Source: Candidatus Anstonella stagnisolia (lineage in GTDB: Archaea > Micrarchaeota > Micrarchaeia > Anstonellales > Anstonellaceae). Taken from it: a stretch of DNA of 64,000 bases. Made by a program: the position numbers and the translations under genes. The stretch is taken from NCBI GenBank assembly GCA_902384585.1, contig CABMCJ010000002.1:15062-79061 (forward strand), given 5' to 3'. A model generated the notes under the pieces. It saw nothing but the letters and a program-made list of their open reading frames with translations. It ran no database searches and had not been told where the DNA came from. Positions 44,002 to 53,792 of the stretch are shown piece by piece (positions within the stretch are counted from its first letter, which is position 1; every line of letters starts with the position of its first letter).

Positions 44002-44652
44002 TTACTTTTTGTGCAATGTCGCAACCCAGTCTGCCTGGAATTTTGCCATGCCCGCATCTGTGAAGGGGTGCTTGTACATCTTGTCAAGCACGTCGGGAGG
44101 CATTGTGCAGATGTCAGCGCCGAGCATTCCAGCCTGCACCACGTGCAAGGGGGAGCGGATTGATGCAACGAGTATTTCGGTTTCGTACTCGTAGTTGTCG
44201 TATATCTGTTTTATCTGGGCGATTGCATCCATTCCCTCTACGCCTACATCGTCAAGCCTCCCTATGAAGGGGGAAACGTAGTTTGCGCCTGCCTTTGCGA
44301 CCAGGAGAGCCTGCGCCGGTGAGAAAACAAGCGTAACGTTTGTCTTTATGCCTTTTTTTGCGAGGATTTGGACTGCCTTTAGCCCATCCTGGGACATTGG
44401 GACTTTTGCAACAACGTTTTTTGACCATGAGGCAAATTCCTCAGCCTCTTTTACAAGCTCGTTTGTAGTGGTGGCTGCGCCCTCTACGCTCACCGGGCCC
44501 TTTACCATTTTGCAAATCTCTTCTATTGCTTCCCTTTGCGTGCGGCCGCTTTTGAGGATGAGCGTGGGATTTGTTGTAACGCCATCCACCATTCCCAAGT
44601 CGTTGTATTTGCGTATCTTGTCAGCTTCTGCAGTGTCAAGGAAAAATTTCAT
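44002..44652 (-). CDS. tal: Transaldolase / fructose-6-phosphate aldolase (short TalC/FSA type)
   Basis: MKFFLDTAEADKI...GVTTNPTL...VVAKVPMSQDG (Schiff-base Lys region). 216 aa. Confidence 0.9.
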   Translation of the reverse strand: MKFFLDTAEADKIRKYNDLGMVDGVTTNPTLILKSGRTQREAIEEICKMVKGPVSVEGAATTTNELVKEAEEFASWSKNVVAKVPMSQDGLKAVQILAKKGIKTNVTLVFSPAQALLVAKAGANYVSPFIGRLDDVGVEGMDAIAQIKQIYDNYEYETEILVASIRSPLHVVQAGMLGADICTMPPDVLDKMYKHPFTDAGMAKFQADWVATLHKK

Positions 44653-44656
44653 TTTC

Positions 44657-45646
44657 TCACCTTTTTTTGGTTTTCAGCTGCTCCTTTGCAACTTTTGCAA
44701 TGTTGGAAGAGTAAAGACCGTAGTGCTTAAGAAGCTCGCTGCCTTTTCCGGACTGCCCGAATTCCATGCGCATTCCCATCCGGTGCACTGGAACTGGGTG
44801 GGTTTCGCAAACGCTTTCGCAAATTGCGCTTCCCAAGCCACCCTTTATCTGGTGGTCTTCAACAGTAACAAACGCACCTGTCTTTTTTGCATATTTTTCA
44901 ATCGTGGAATTGTCCATTTCAGTAAGGTCGTAAACGTTGAGCACTGCCGCGCTTATGCCCTCTTTTTCAAGCTCTGCGGCTGCGAGGAGCGACTCGTGCA
45001 CGAGTGCGCCGGAAGCAAATATTGAGATGTCGGAGCCGTCCTTGTAAAGGGAAATTTTCCCAAGCTCAAATGGGGTCTCTTGGGTTGTGAAGACGGGCAT
45101 TTTTTCCCTGCCTGCGCGAACGTATACTGGACCGTTTATTTTTGCGGCTGCATGGATTGCTTTTTTTGCCTGCTCAAAATCGCAGGGGACAAGCACGCGG
45201 ATGTTGGGGATGGAGCGCATAAGGGAAACGTCTTCCAAAGCCTGATGGGTTGCACCGTCCTCGCCTACTGTGAGCCCTGTGTGGGTGGAAACTATTTTCG
45301 CATTTGCATTCCCGTAGCATATTGCGGAGCGGATTTGCTCCCAGTTCCTGCCTGGGGAGAAAGCGCCAAAAGAGCTTAGGAAAGGGATTTTTCCCGCATA
45401 TGCAAGCCCTGCGGCTACAACTGCCATATTTTGCTCGCAAATTCCGCACTGGAAAAAGCGTTGCGGGAATTTTTCTGCAAAATAGTGCACGCGCACGGAT
45501 TCTGCCAGGTCTGCGGTGAGTGCGACTATGCGCGAATCCTTTTCCCCAAGCTCAAGGAGCGCTTTCCCGTATCCCTCGCGGGTGGAATCCTTTTTCAGGT
45601 CGGGTGAAAGGGGATTTAGGAGATGCATTTGTGTGTTAAGTTCCAT
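44657..45646 (-). CDS. Transketolase, C-terminal (pyrimidine-binding) subunit
   Basis: Split-gene archaeal arrangement. REGYGKALLELG...FFQCGICEQNMAVVAAGLA...VSTHTGLTVGEDGATHQALEDV. Confidence 0.9.
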   Translation of the reverse strand: MELNTQMHLLNPLSPDLKKDSTREGYGKALLELGEKDSRIVALTADLAESVRVHYFAEKFPQRFFQCGICEQNMAVVAAGLAYAGKIPFLSSFGAFSPGRNWEQIRSAICYGNANAKIVSTHTGLTVGEDGATHQALEDVSLMRSIPNIRVLVPCDFEQAKKAIHAAAKINGPVYVRAGREKMPVFTTQETPFELGKISLYKDGSDISIFASGALVHESLLAAAELEKEGISAAVLNVYDLTEMDNSTIEKYAKKTGAFVTVEDHQIKGGLGSAICESVCETHPVPVHRMGMRMEFGQSGKGSELLKHYGLYSSNIAKVAKEQLKTKKR

Positions 45647-45689
45647 TGGAATCTACTCTTTTTCTTTTGCGCGCTCGGGCGCATTTGTT

Positions 45690-46532
45690 CTACTCTTGTT
45701 CAATTTTCTTCCTTTCCGCTGCAAGCTCGGAAAGCGCTTTTGCCGCATCCTCGTCCTTTGGCGCAACGCCGTGCCATTTGTAGTTCTTTTCCATGTAGGA
45801 CACGCCCTTTCCGGGGGTTGTCTTTGCAATTATCATTGTGGGCTTTCCCTTGCAGTCTTTTGCCTGTTTGAGCGCGGAAAGGATTTGCGGGATATCATTT
45901 CCGTCTATGGAAATTACGTTCCAGTTGAATGCGCGGTATTTTTCCTCTATGGAGTCCAGCGGCATCACGTCTTCCGTTGTGCCGTCTATTTGTATGTAGT
46001 TGCGGTCCATTATTGCAACGAGGTTGTCGAGCTTGTATTTTGCAGCAAAGAGGGCTGCCTCCCATGTGCTGCCCTCGTCGTGCTCGCCATCCGACACAAC
46101 GCAATACACGCGCTGGGGCTTGTTGTCAAGCCGAAGAGCGGCTGCATAGCCGCATGCGATTCCCAATCCTTCGCCCAAGGGGCCTGAGGAATTGTCTATG
46201 AAGGGGAAATATTTCCGTGAGGGGTGCCCTTGGAGGGGCGAGCCGAATTTTCTGAATGTGAGAAGGTCTTCCGGCGGAAAATAGCCTGCGTGCGCCATTG
46301 CGGAATACGAGCCTGCGCACACGTGCCCGTTTGAGAGAACGAAGATGTCGCGCTCCTTTTGCGGGTTTTTGGGGTCAAAATCCATCTCTGAGAAAAAGAG
46401 GACTGAGAAAATTTCTGCGAGCCCAAGGGGACCTGCGGGATGCCCGCATTTTGCGGCATTTACCATGCGGATGATGTCGGCACGTATGGCGTTTGCCATG
46501 AGCGCAAGCTCTTTTGTGCTGTTGAGTTTCAT
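45690..46532 (-). CDS. Transketolase, N-terminal (TPP-binding) subunit
   Basis: GHPAGPLGLAEI, LSNGH, VVSDGEHDEGSTWEAALFAAKYKLDNLVAIMDRN (the GDG-x-EG thiamine-diphosphate motif in variant form). Confidence 0.9.
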   Translation of the reverse strand: MKLNSTKELALMANAIRADIIRMVNAAKCGHPAGPLGLAEIFSVLFFSEMDFDPKNPQKERDIFVLSNGHVCAGSYSAMAHAGYFPPEDLLTFRKFGSPLQGHPSRKYFPFIDNSSGPLGEGLGIACGYAAALRLDNKPQRVYCVVSDGEHDEGSTWEAALFAAKYKLDNLVAIMDRNYIQIDGTTEDVMPLDSIEEKYRAFNWNVISIDGNDIPQILSALKQAKDCKGKPTMIIAKTTPGKGVSYMEKNYKWHGVAPKDEDAAKALSELAAERKKIEQE

Positions 46533-46658
46533 GGGAACACCGCCTTGCGGCTAGCCTGGAAATTTATCTGCCTAAAAATGACTTTCCTTCCCTACTTACT
46601 CCCTGAGGAATTTATGGGAAAGGATATTTAAAATACCTGCTGGCAAAGCACAAAGTTG

Positions 46659-47933
46659 ATGCACATGAAAGAGATAAAATACAAACTTATAACGTATGGG
46701 TGCACGCTTAACCAGGCGGACTCGAACATCATGCGCGGCGTGCTGGACATGCACGGGTGCCTTGAGGTAGAAGAGGAAAAGGGTGCGGACGTTGTTGTGA
46801 TAAACTCCTGCACAGTGAAAGACGCGACGCAGACGAAAATAGAGCACGTGCTCAAGAAATTGCATTTGGGCAAAAAGCCCATTGTGCTTGCGGGCTGCCT
46901 CTCTGTGAATGAGAATGCGGTTTTTCGAAGCGCCCCCAATGCGAGCGTTGTTGGGACTGGGAGTGTTGGGCAGATTTATGAGGCTGTGCAAAATGCGGTT
47001 GGGAGAAGGAAAGCGGTTTTCAAGGGGAGCGGATACAAGCCGGACTTGCCGCGCGTAAGGAATGGTGCGATTGCGAGGATTGCGATTGAGGAGGGGTGCC
47101 TTTCCTCGTGCACTTTCTGCCAGACTAAATTAGCGAGAGGGAAGTTGTATTCTTATCCGCTAAAGAGCATTTGCCTAGAGGTAAAGAGATGGGCGGATGC
47201 AGGGGCGGTTGAGATGCAGCTTACTGGGCAGGATGCCGGAGCGTATGGGGCGGACATAAAAAGCAATGTTGCTGCGCTTCTTGGGGAGGCGTGCGAGGTG
47301 GATGGGAATTTCCGCATACGAATTGGAATGATAAATCCCCAGCACGTGAAAAAATATTTGCCCCAGCTTTTGAAAGTTTATGAGGATTTGAAAATGTACA
47401 AATTTTTGCACATACCTGTGCAAAGCGGCTCGAATAAAGTTTTGAGAGAAATGAGGCGGGAAAATACTAAGGAAGAATTTTTGGAACTGGTGCGGGTTTT
47501 TCGGGAAAAATTCCCGGACATGAGCATAATGACGGACATTATTGTGGGTTTCCCTACGGAAAATGAGGAGGACTTTGGGCAGACAATGGAAATGCTGCAA
47601 GAGGCGCAATTGGACAGGGTGAACGTGTCGCGCTTTTCGCCCCGCCCGTTTACAATTGCGAGGAAAATGAAGCAGCTTTCAAATACGATTGTGAAAAGAA
47701 GGACCGTGGAGTGTGCAGCGCTTTGCAAGAAAATCACAATTGCGAAAAATAAGGAATGGATTGGAAAAGAAATGGAGATTACGATTACGGAGAAAGTGAA
47801 AACGCTAAATGGGCGCGATGAGAATTACCGGCAGGTTGCACTGCCTACGAATTTTAAGGGAAAAATTGGGGAGAAGGTGCGCGTGAAAATAATTGGCGCG
47901 GAATTTAGTTGCCTGCTTGGGAAGCCGATTTAG
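46659..47933 (+). CDS. Archaeal MiaB-like tRNA methylthiotransferase (CDKAL1/MtaB type)
   Basis: UPF0004 N-domain (YGCTLNQADSN), radical SAM CLSSCTFC, and a C-terminal TRAM domain. TATA-like TATTTAAAATA lies about 25 nt upstream. Confidence 0.85.
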   Translation: MHMKEIKYKLITYGCTLNQADSNIMRGVLDMHGCLEVEEEKGADVVVINSCTVKDATQTKIEHVLKKLHLGKKPIVLAGCLSVNENAVFRSAPNASVVGTGSVGQIYEAVQNAVGRRKAVFKGSGYKPDLPRVRNGAIARIAIEEGCLSSCTFCQTKLARGKLYSYPLKSICLEVKRWADAGAVEMQLTGQDAGAYGADIKSNVAALLGEACEVDGNFRIRIGMINPQHVKKYLPQLLKVYEDLKMYKFLHIPVQSGSNKVLREMRRENTKEEFLELVRVFREKFPDMSIMTDIIVGFPTENEEDFGQTMEMLQEAQLDRVNVSRFSPRPFTIARKMKQLSNTIVKRRTVECAALCKKITIAKNKEWIGKEMEITITEKVKTLNGRDENYRQVALPTNFKGKIGEKVRVKIIGAEFSCLLGKPI

Positions 47934-47991
47934 GGGAAAAGCGAGGGAAAATAATCTGTGCGGGGTTCATCTGCCTTTTTGGAAAAATAGT

Positions 47992-48648
47992 CTAAGCGGA
48001 ATTTGCAATCTCAAGCATCTCTTCCACTGCCTGCCCGACATCCTGCGCGCCAAAGAGCGCGTTTGCGGCACCGAAAAGGTTTGCGCCATGAGAGGCTGCG
48101 TGCTTTATTGTTTCCTTTGTGATGCCCCCGTCAACTTCTATCTGCAGCTCTGAGGACATTTTGCGAAGCTGCTTTATTTTTTCGCCCATTTTTGTGAGGT
48201 ATGCCTGCCCTGAGAAGCCGGGGTACACTGTCATTATGAGAACCCCGTCTATTTTTTGCAGGTATGGGAAAACCGCGCTTACGGGAGTGTCGGGGGAAAG
48301 CGCAAGGAAAACTTTTGAATCCATTTTCTTTACAACGGAAATTGCGTTTTCTATTTCTGCTGCGGACTTGAAAGACTCTATGTGGAACTGGTATGCGTGC
48401 ATTTGGCCGGTTTTCCCTATTTGCTTCACGTATTCAAGCGGGTTCTCCACCATGAGGTGGTACTCTATTTCCAAATCGTCGAGAATAGAGAAATCCATTT
48501 CAGGGGGCTGCAGGGTGCGGTTTGGAACGAACTTGCCGTCCATTATGTCAAGCTGCACGCGCGTAACGTAGGGCTTGACTTTCTGGATGCGCCGTACGAA
48601 CTCGTCCTTGTCTTTTACCAAAATAGCGGGCACTATGAGCTTTTTCAT
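47992..48648 (-). CDS. rpe: Ribulose-phosphate 3-epimerase
   Basis: VQLDIMDGKFVPN, HLMVENP, VYPGFSGQ, IEVDGGI. Start trimmed to ATG 48648 (MKKLIVPAIL). Confidence 0.85.
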   Translation of the reverse strand: MKKLIVPAILVKDKDEFVRRIQKVKPYVTRVQLDIMDGKFVPNRTLQPPEMDFSILDDLEIEYHLMVENPLEYVKQIGKTGQMHAYQFHIESFKSAAEIENAISVVKKMDSKVFLALSPDTPVSAVFPYLQKIDGVLIMTVYPGFSGQAYLTKMGEKIKQLRKMSSELQIEVDGGITKETIKHAASHGANLFGAANALFGAQDVGQAVEEMLEIANSA

Positions 48649-48702
48649 ACGTTGAACTATAGGGGAATGCAGATATTTAAGGTGTGCTGCCTGAGCCAAG
48701 CT

Positions 48703-48709
48703 TTAAATT
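48703..48709 (+). promoter_or_regulatory. TATA box candidate for tRNA-Asn
   Basis: TTTAAAT lies 27-33 nt upstream of the tRNA 5' end (48736). Confidence 0.45.
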
Positions 48710-48735
48710 GGTTATTCGGCACAATACCTACCTGT

Positions 48736-48833
48736 GCCCTGGTAGCTCAGCCTGGTCAGAGCGGTTGACTGTTAACGCTCTCTGCGATTTTGCAGAAATC
48801 AATAGGTCGGAGGTTCAAATCCTCCCCAGGGCG
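48736..48833 (+). tRNA. tRNA-Asn (GUU) with a 23-nt canonical (37/38) intron
   Basis: Acceptor GCCCTGG/CCAGGGC, D arm GCTC/GAGC, anticodon stem GTTGA/TCAAT with GTT at 48771-48773, intron 48775-48797 (ACGCTCTCTGCGATTTTGCAGAA), T arm GGAGG-TTCAAAT-CCTCC, discriminator G. Confidence 0.9.
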
Positions 48834-48848
48834 CTTATTTCTTAATCC

Positions 48849-49778
48849 TTATTCTGCCTGCTTCTGGGAAAAAACGCTTCCGAGGCTGATGAGTTTTTTT
48901 ATGCCTTTTTGCGAGCGCACAATGAGCCCGCGGTTTTCAAGGGACGCAAGGTGCCTTGAGAGGGTTGCCTTTGCGATATGCGTCGTGGAATAGACGTGCG
49001 CCTGCGTTGTCCTGCCGCCAGCAGAGCTTATTGAGAGCAGTATTTCCTTGTCGGTTTCCTCAAGCGTGCTGAAAATCGGGCTTGAGGCAGGGGATTTTTG
49101 CGCAAGGGAGAGGGGATGCTGCCCACTTTCAGTGGGCTTTTGCGCTTTGCGCGTGCGCGCTGCAAAAAACAGGAATGCGCCAAGTGCGGAGATAAGGATG
49201 AGCGCGGCTGCTGGCAGGAGTGCGGCAAATGCATCCTTGTTTTCATCAGGGACGAGCCGATAGTATCCAAAGCGGGTTATCCGCTGGCCTGCGTTTATGT
49301 TTTCAAGATGCCAGTTTATGATAGTCCTTCCCTTTTCATAGGTAAGCAAGCCGTTTGTTTCCCTCACAAGCGCGCCTTGGGGAAGGTCAACTGTGCTGTC
49401 AAATGCGCTTATGGGCTCGCTGAAAATCGTAATGGACAGATATTCCCATACCGAGCCGTTTTTGTACGTTAGATAATCGGTGGAAAAGGTGAGATGGGCG
49501 TAATCCACGCCCGCATCCAGGGTTACCATTGTTGTCCCATTGGAGAGCAGGATTAATGGTTTTATGGGATTGCCCAGAGCGTCCTGCACCTCTACGTTGC
49601 GTATCTGCCCGATGGTGGTGAATGAGAACGGCTGGGGCGGATGATTCGGGCGCGTGATTTCCATTGTTATCCGGTCAGTGCCTGAAAAATCAATGCTGCC
49701 CTTGCGCGTGATTGTGGCGGCAGGGGAAAGCGAAGCCAGAAGGAACATTAGCAGCACGATGCATGCAAATTTGCGCAT
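48849..49778 (-). CDS. Membrane-tethered winged-helix regulator (extracellular domain - TM - cytoplasmic HTH)
   Basis: Signal peptide (FACIVLLMFLLASLSPAA), an ectodomain of about 180 aa, a TM (ALLPAAALILISALGAFLFFAA), then GGRTTQAHVYSTTHIAKATLSRHLASLENRGLIVRSQKG (MarR/ArsR-like wHTH). Confidence 0.5.
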   Translation of the reverse strand: MRKFACIVLLMFLLASLSPAATITRKGSIDFSGTDRITMEITRPNHPPQPFSFTTIGQIRNVEVQDALGNPIKPLILLSNGTTMVTLDAGVDYAHLTFSTDYLTYKNGSVWEYLSITIFSEPISAFDSTVDLPQGALVRETNGLLTYEKGRTIINWHLENINAGQRITRFGYYRLVPDENKDAFAALLPAAALILISALGAFLFFAARTRKAQKPTESGQHPLSLAQKSPASSPIFSTLEETDKEILLSISSAGGRTTQAHVYSTTHIAKATLSRHLASLENRGLIVRSQKGIKKLISLGSVFSQKQAE

Positions 49779-49895
49779 GGAATGGTATTCGGGGGAATAC
49801 TTATATTTGTTATCCGTCTCTGGGAAACGCCTGTTCCGCTTGTTCCGCTAAAAGTATATATGCCGTTCCCAAGCTTTTTCCACCAGTGAAACCAG

Positions 49896-50321
49896 ATGGC
49901 AGGCTACGGATACAAGATAAGCTTTGGGAACGTGCGGGGCGGCATGGGAGCGAAAGCAGCCAACGGGGACTGGCTCACTCCCGAAGTGAAAGACTGGTGC
50001 CAGAAAACCCTTGAGAAGTTCGAATTTGTAAAATGGGACAGGTTCACAAAAATCATTGCCACAAACATGGGGGATGTGCACGTTGTGTCCTGCTATGGCT
50101 GGATTGACCGCGAGTCCGATGCATACAAGGACTTTGTGGTGATTGCGTTTGTAATTGAAAAGCGCGAGGTGCACCTTGTGATGTCAAGCTCCGCAAAATA
50201 TTCAGAGCGCATCATTGAGCTTTGCGACCATAATCGGGAACTGCACAACAAGTGCATAAGGATAGAGGACGTTTTTGAAATATCCAACTCCATAAAGCTT
50301 GGGAAAAAGAAGGATGCATGA
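49896..50321 (+). CDS. Hypothetical protein (141 aa)
   Basis: Clean ORF with TATA-like AAAAGTATATAT about 35 nt upstream. No recognisable motif. Confidence 0.45.
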   Translation: MAGYGYKISFGNVRGGMGAKAANGDWLTPEVKDWCQKTLEKFEFVKWDRFTKIIATNMGDVHVVSCYGWIDRESDAYKDFVVIAFVIEKREVHLVMSSSAKYSERIIELCDHNRELHNKCIRIEDVFEISNSIKLGKKKDA

Positions 50322-50324
50322 CGC

Positions 50325-51488
50325 TCATCCTGCAATATTTTGCTGCAGCTGTGCGACCTGATCCCTGTAATCCGCGTAGCCCACCCATTTTCCGTTGTAT
50401 ATCTGGTACAGGTCGTCATCCGCGATGATTGTTATTATGGAACCAGGGCTTGAGTAGCAGCGCTGCGCATTTTGGGCGTTGCAAATTTCAAAGTCCGTGC
50501 CTATTTTCCCAAGATACCGCCCGTTTTGGGGCTCAAAGACTGATGAGCCTGCGAGAAGCGGAAGCTGGGCGCTTGAGTTTATTTTTATAGGGGAAACCGC
50601 AACCGTGCAGTGCCCTGCATCCGGGGTTAGGGGGTAGCAGATTACGTAAAAGGAATTCAAGAGGCTGCCAACTCCAACCCCCTTTGCGCCGCCGTAGTAA
50701 TAGTATTGCACGTCTTGCTCGCTTTCAGGGGGATACACGCGAAAATCCGTGCCGGTGTTTGAGGCCCACGCGACAAGGGAGAGCTTGGGGCTGGATTCCT
50801 TGGCGGAATTCAGGGTGGCTTTCAGGAAAAGCGAATAGTCCTCGCAGTCGCCCCCTCCGCGGTTCACGGTGTATTTTATGGGCTGCAGGAAATCCTCCTT
50901 TCCCGCCTCTATGTCGGTCTTGTACGTGAGGGAAATTGCGGTCGTGGAAAGGCGGTATGCGATGCACGCAAGGTTGAGCTTGTTGTCGTACACGCAGTCC
51001 TTCAGGATGCGCTCCTTGAAAATGTCCACGTTCCAGCTGTAATTGGCTGGCAGGTTTGAATTCTCCTTGAACCAGCTCATCGAGCTGTTTATGTTGGATT
51101 CCAGAGAAGTGAGCTCGCCTGAAATTGAGGAAATTTTTGCCTGCGCGCTTGAGAGGTTTGTTTTTGTATTTGAAAGCTGCTCGCTCTTTTGCTGCAAATC
51201 CTGCTGGTATTGCTCAACTGATTTTTTGGAGAGCTCCAAATTCGCATTTGAGATTGAGAGCTTTTCCTGCAATGAGGAAATTTGCACGTTTGCTGCCGAC
51301 AGGCTGGAGGAAGCCGTTGAATATTGGGACTGCAGCGAGGAAAACTTTTGGGAAAGCTCTGCGTTTTGTGCCTCAAGGGAAGAGAGCCTTGAGCTTAAAG
51401 GCGAAATTTGGAGCAAAAGGAGCGCATTGAGGCAAATGCTAAGAAGCAGGATGCATGCGAGCGCCATGAGAAGCTTTTTGTGCTCCAT
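50325..51488 (-). CDS. Membrane-anchored coiled-coil protein with transglutaminase-like Cys-protease core
   Basis: N-terminal TM (LLMALACILLLSICLNALLLL), a Ser/Gln/Leu coiled coil of about 110 aa, then NRGGGDCEDYSLFLKATL (Cys), AGHCTVAV (His) and VFEPQNG (acidic), arranged as in transglutaminase-like domains. Confidence 0.5.
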   Translation of the reverse strand: MEHKKLLMALACILLLSICLNALLLLQISPLSSRLSSLEAQNAELSQKFSSLQSQYSTASSSLSAANVQISSLQEKLSISNANLELSKKSVEQYQQDLQQKSEQLSNTKTNLSSAQAKISSISGELTSLESNINSSMSWFKENSNLPANYSWNVDIFKERILKDCVYDNKLNLACIAYRLSTTAISLTYKTDIEAGKEDFLQPIKYTVNRGGGDCEDYSLFLKATLNSAKESSPKLSLVAWASNTGTDFRVYPPESEQDVQYYYYGGAKGVGVGSLLNSFYVICYPLTPDAGHCTVAVSPIKINSSAQLPLLAGSSVFEPQNGRYLGKIGTDFEICNAQNAQRCYSSPGSIITIIADDDLYQIYNGKWVGYADYRDQVAQLQQNIAG

Positions 51489-51573
51489 GCGAAGAGATGG
51501 GAGGATAAGAATAAAAGATTGCTTTTGAGCTTGGAAAAAAACTGGGATGCTTTGCGGGAGCCTGCGCCCAAAC

Positions 51574-52401
51574 TTATTTTTGAGCCCAGAAGAACGTGAG
51601 GATGCTCTTCTTTTTTCCTAAACTTGGCAGCGAGCGAAGCGAGACTTTTGAGAAGCCCGCGCTCTTTAGGCGCACAAGGGTTTTCTCCCGCCAGTCCGGC
51701 AGCCACTGCTCGCCAGGGGATTTTACTGGATGGTAGAGGAGGATTCCGTGCGGGCGAAGAAGGGTGCGGAACTTTTTGAAAAGCGTTTTGTCGTAGGGAA
51801 GCAAGTTTGAGAAGAGGTGCACGACTGCATCGAAAGAGGAGGGAGGGAAAGGGGCTTTTGCAGCGCTGGAAACTATTGCGTATGAGCGCTTGTCTTTTCT
51901 CTGGGAGAGCATTTTTGCGGAGAGGTCCATGCATACTGTGTGGAGGGAGTATTTTTTTGCAACCTCGGAAAAAAGGCATGTGCCTGCGCTTGCGTCTAAA
52001 ACAAGGGAATTTTTCGGGAGGGAGGATGCGATTGTTGCAAGCTGCGCCTTTCTTTCGGGTTCTGTGTGGTAAGAGTAGCGGGAGGCGATTGCATTGTAAA
52101 ATTCGCGCACCTGGGAAACGTTTTTTGTGCTGCAATTGGAATACAGGCCGCCTATCCAGCGGGAAAGGAGTATTTTGCGATTTCCGGTTACTAAATAGAT
52201 TTTCTTGGAAAGAGCCTTGCCTAATTTTGCTTCAACTATAATGAGACCGGAAAAACTATGAGAATTTATGGAAAAACTTTTTGATTTTTCATTGTCGGTA
52301 GTATTTCTGGCGCGATTTAACTTCCTCCATTCTCCGCTAATGTAGATGCTTTTCATTGGCGGAAGCGGCCAGTAGCCTTTTGTGAGAAGCAGGATTTCCA
52401 T
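51574..52401 (-). CDS. Class I SAM-dependent methyltransferase with N-terminal extra domain
   Basis: VLDASAGTCLF (motif I), CMDLSAKML, FDAVVHLFSNL, LRPHGILL (Methyltransf_11-like). The first 100 aa or so are unrecognised. Confidence 0.6.
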   Translation of the reverse strand: MEILLLTKGYWPLPPMKSIYISGEWRKLNRARNTTDNEKSKSFSINSHSFSGLIIVEAKLGKALSKKIYLVTGNRKILLSRWIGGLYSNCSTKNVSQVREFYNAIASRYSYHTEPERKAQLATIASSLPKNSLVLDASAGTCLFSEVAKKYSLHTVCMDLSAKMLSQRKDKRSYAIVSSAAKAPFPPSSFDAVVHLFSNLLPYDKTLFKKFRTLLRPHGILLYHPVKSPGEQWLPDWREKTLVRLKSAGFSKVSLRSLPSLGKKKSILTFFWAQK

Positions 52402-52406
52402 TTTCC

Positions 52407-53723
52407 CTACTCCTTGAGCGCATTTTCAACGATTTTTTCCGCTTCCCCAACGTAGGTTTTGGGGTTGAGAAGCTCTGGGAGCTTCTTTCCAAGGAGCTTT
52501 TTCACGTGCGCATTCTTTGAGAGGACGTCTGAGAATGGGATTTGCTTTGTGAAAGACTCCTGCGCGGCTGTGCGCACAAGCTCGTGCGCGTCTTGTCGGC
52601 CCATGCCTGCATGCGTGAGCTCAATCATGATGCGCTCGGACATTATGAGGCCGCCGGTAAGCTGGAGGTTGCGCTCGATATTTTTGGGATAGAAAACAAG
52701 CCCTGAGAGAATGGAATTCATCTGCAGCAGCATGTAGTCTGTTACTATGAAGCTCTCCGGGAAAATGAAGCGCTCGTTTGCGGAATTCGTGAGGTCGCGC
52801 TCGTGCTCCAATGGGATATTTTCAAGTGCGGTTTGCACGTTTGAACGCACCAGGCGCGCAAGGGAGCAAATGCGCTCACTCTTGTGGGGATTTCTTTTTT
52901 GGGGCATTGTGGAGGAGCCAACTTGTTTCGCTCCAAAGGGCTCGGAAATTTCCATGAGCTCGCTTCTCTGGAGGTTGCGGATTTCCTTTGCGATTTTTTC
53001 AAGAGTTGCGGAGATGAGTGCGAGTGCGAAAAGGGATTGCGCGTGCCTGTCCCGTTGTATCACTTGGTTGGATGCCGGAGAGGGATGCAAAGAAAGCTCT
53101 TTCATTACAAGCTCCTGCACCGCGAAACCCTTTCCCCTAAAGGTTGCCATTGTGCCTGTTGCGCCGGACATTTTTCCAAATGCGATTTGGGAGCGTGCCT
53201 CTTGCAATCTCTGGAGGTGCCTTTTCACCTCGCAGTAGTAGATTGCGAACTTGAGGCCGTATGTTGTAGGAACAGCGTGCTGCCCGTGCGTGCGCCCCAT
53301 GCACACCAGGGATTTCTTTGAGAGTGCGAGCGAGCGCAGGATTTGCTTTGTTTCAAGCAAATGTTTTTCTATTACGGAAATCGCATCAAGGAAAATGAGC
53401 GCGGTTGCGGTATCCTCTATATCGTAGGATGTGGAGCCCAAATGCACGTATCCGCCGTAAGTTTTGCACTGCTCAGAAAGGGCTTTTACCATTGCCATGA
53501 GGTCGTGGTGTATTTCGGACTCTATTTGGAGAACGCGGGAGAGTTGCACTTTCTTTCCTGCAGCCTCTATCTCTGCGGCTGAGCCCTTGGGTGCAATTCC
53601 GAGCTTCTCGTTTGCGTGCGCGAGTGCGATTTCCACCCGTATCCAGGAGCGCAATTTGCTCTCTTCTGAGAAGATGGAGTTCATTTCGGTTTTGTAACGG
53701 TCTTCAAGAGGGGACACTGCCAT
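52407..53723 (-). CDS. purB: Adenylosuccinate lyase
   Basis: From ATG 53723 ([14 protein letters not shown]...). Fumarate-lyase signature [11 protein letters not shown]. The 147-aa extension in the track ORF is His/Arg/Lys/Leu-rich junk overlapping glyA's promoter and was rejected. Confidence 0.9.
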   Translation of the reverse strand: MAVSPLEDRYKTEMNSIFSEESKLRSWIRVEIALAHANEKLGIAPKGSAAEIEAAGKKVQLSRVLQIESEIHHDLMAMVKALSEQCKTYGGYVHLGSTSYDIEDTATALIFLDAISVIEKHLLETKQILRSLALSKKSLVCMGRTHGQHAVPTTYGLKFAIYYCEVKRHLQRLQEARSQIAFGKMSGATGTMATFRGKGFAVQELVMKELSLHPSPASNQVIQRDRHAQSLFALALISATLEKIAKEIRNLQRSELMEISEPFGAKQVGSSTMPQKRNPHKSERICSLARLVRSNVQTALENIPLEHERDLTNSANERFIFPESFIVTDYMLLQMNSILSGLVFYPKNIERNLQLTGGLIMSERIMIELTHAGMGRQDAHELVRTAAQESFTKQIPFSDVLSKNAHVKKLLGKKLPELLNPKTYVGEAEKIVENALKE

Positions 53724-53792
53724 AGGAACCACGTTAAAGCCTACTGCAAAAGGTTTAATATTGGTTCTGCCCAATTTAATTGGGGGGAGAAA

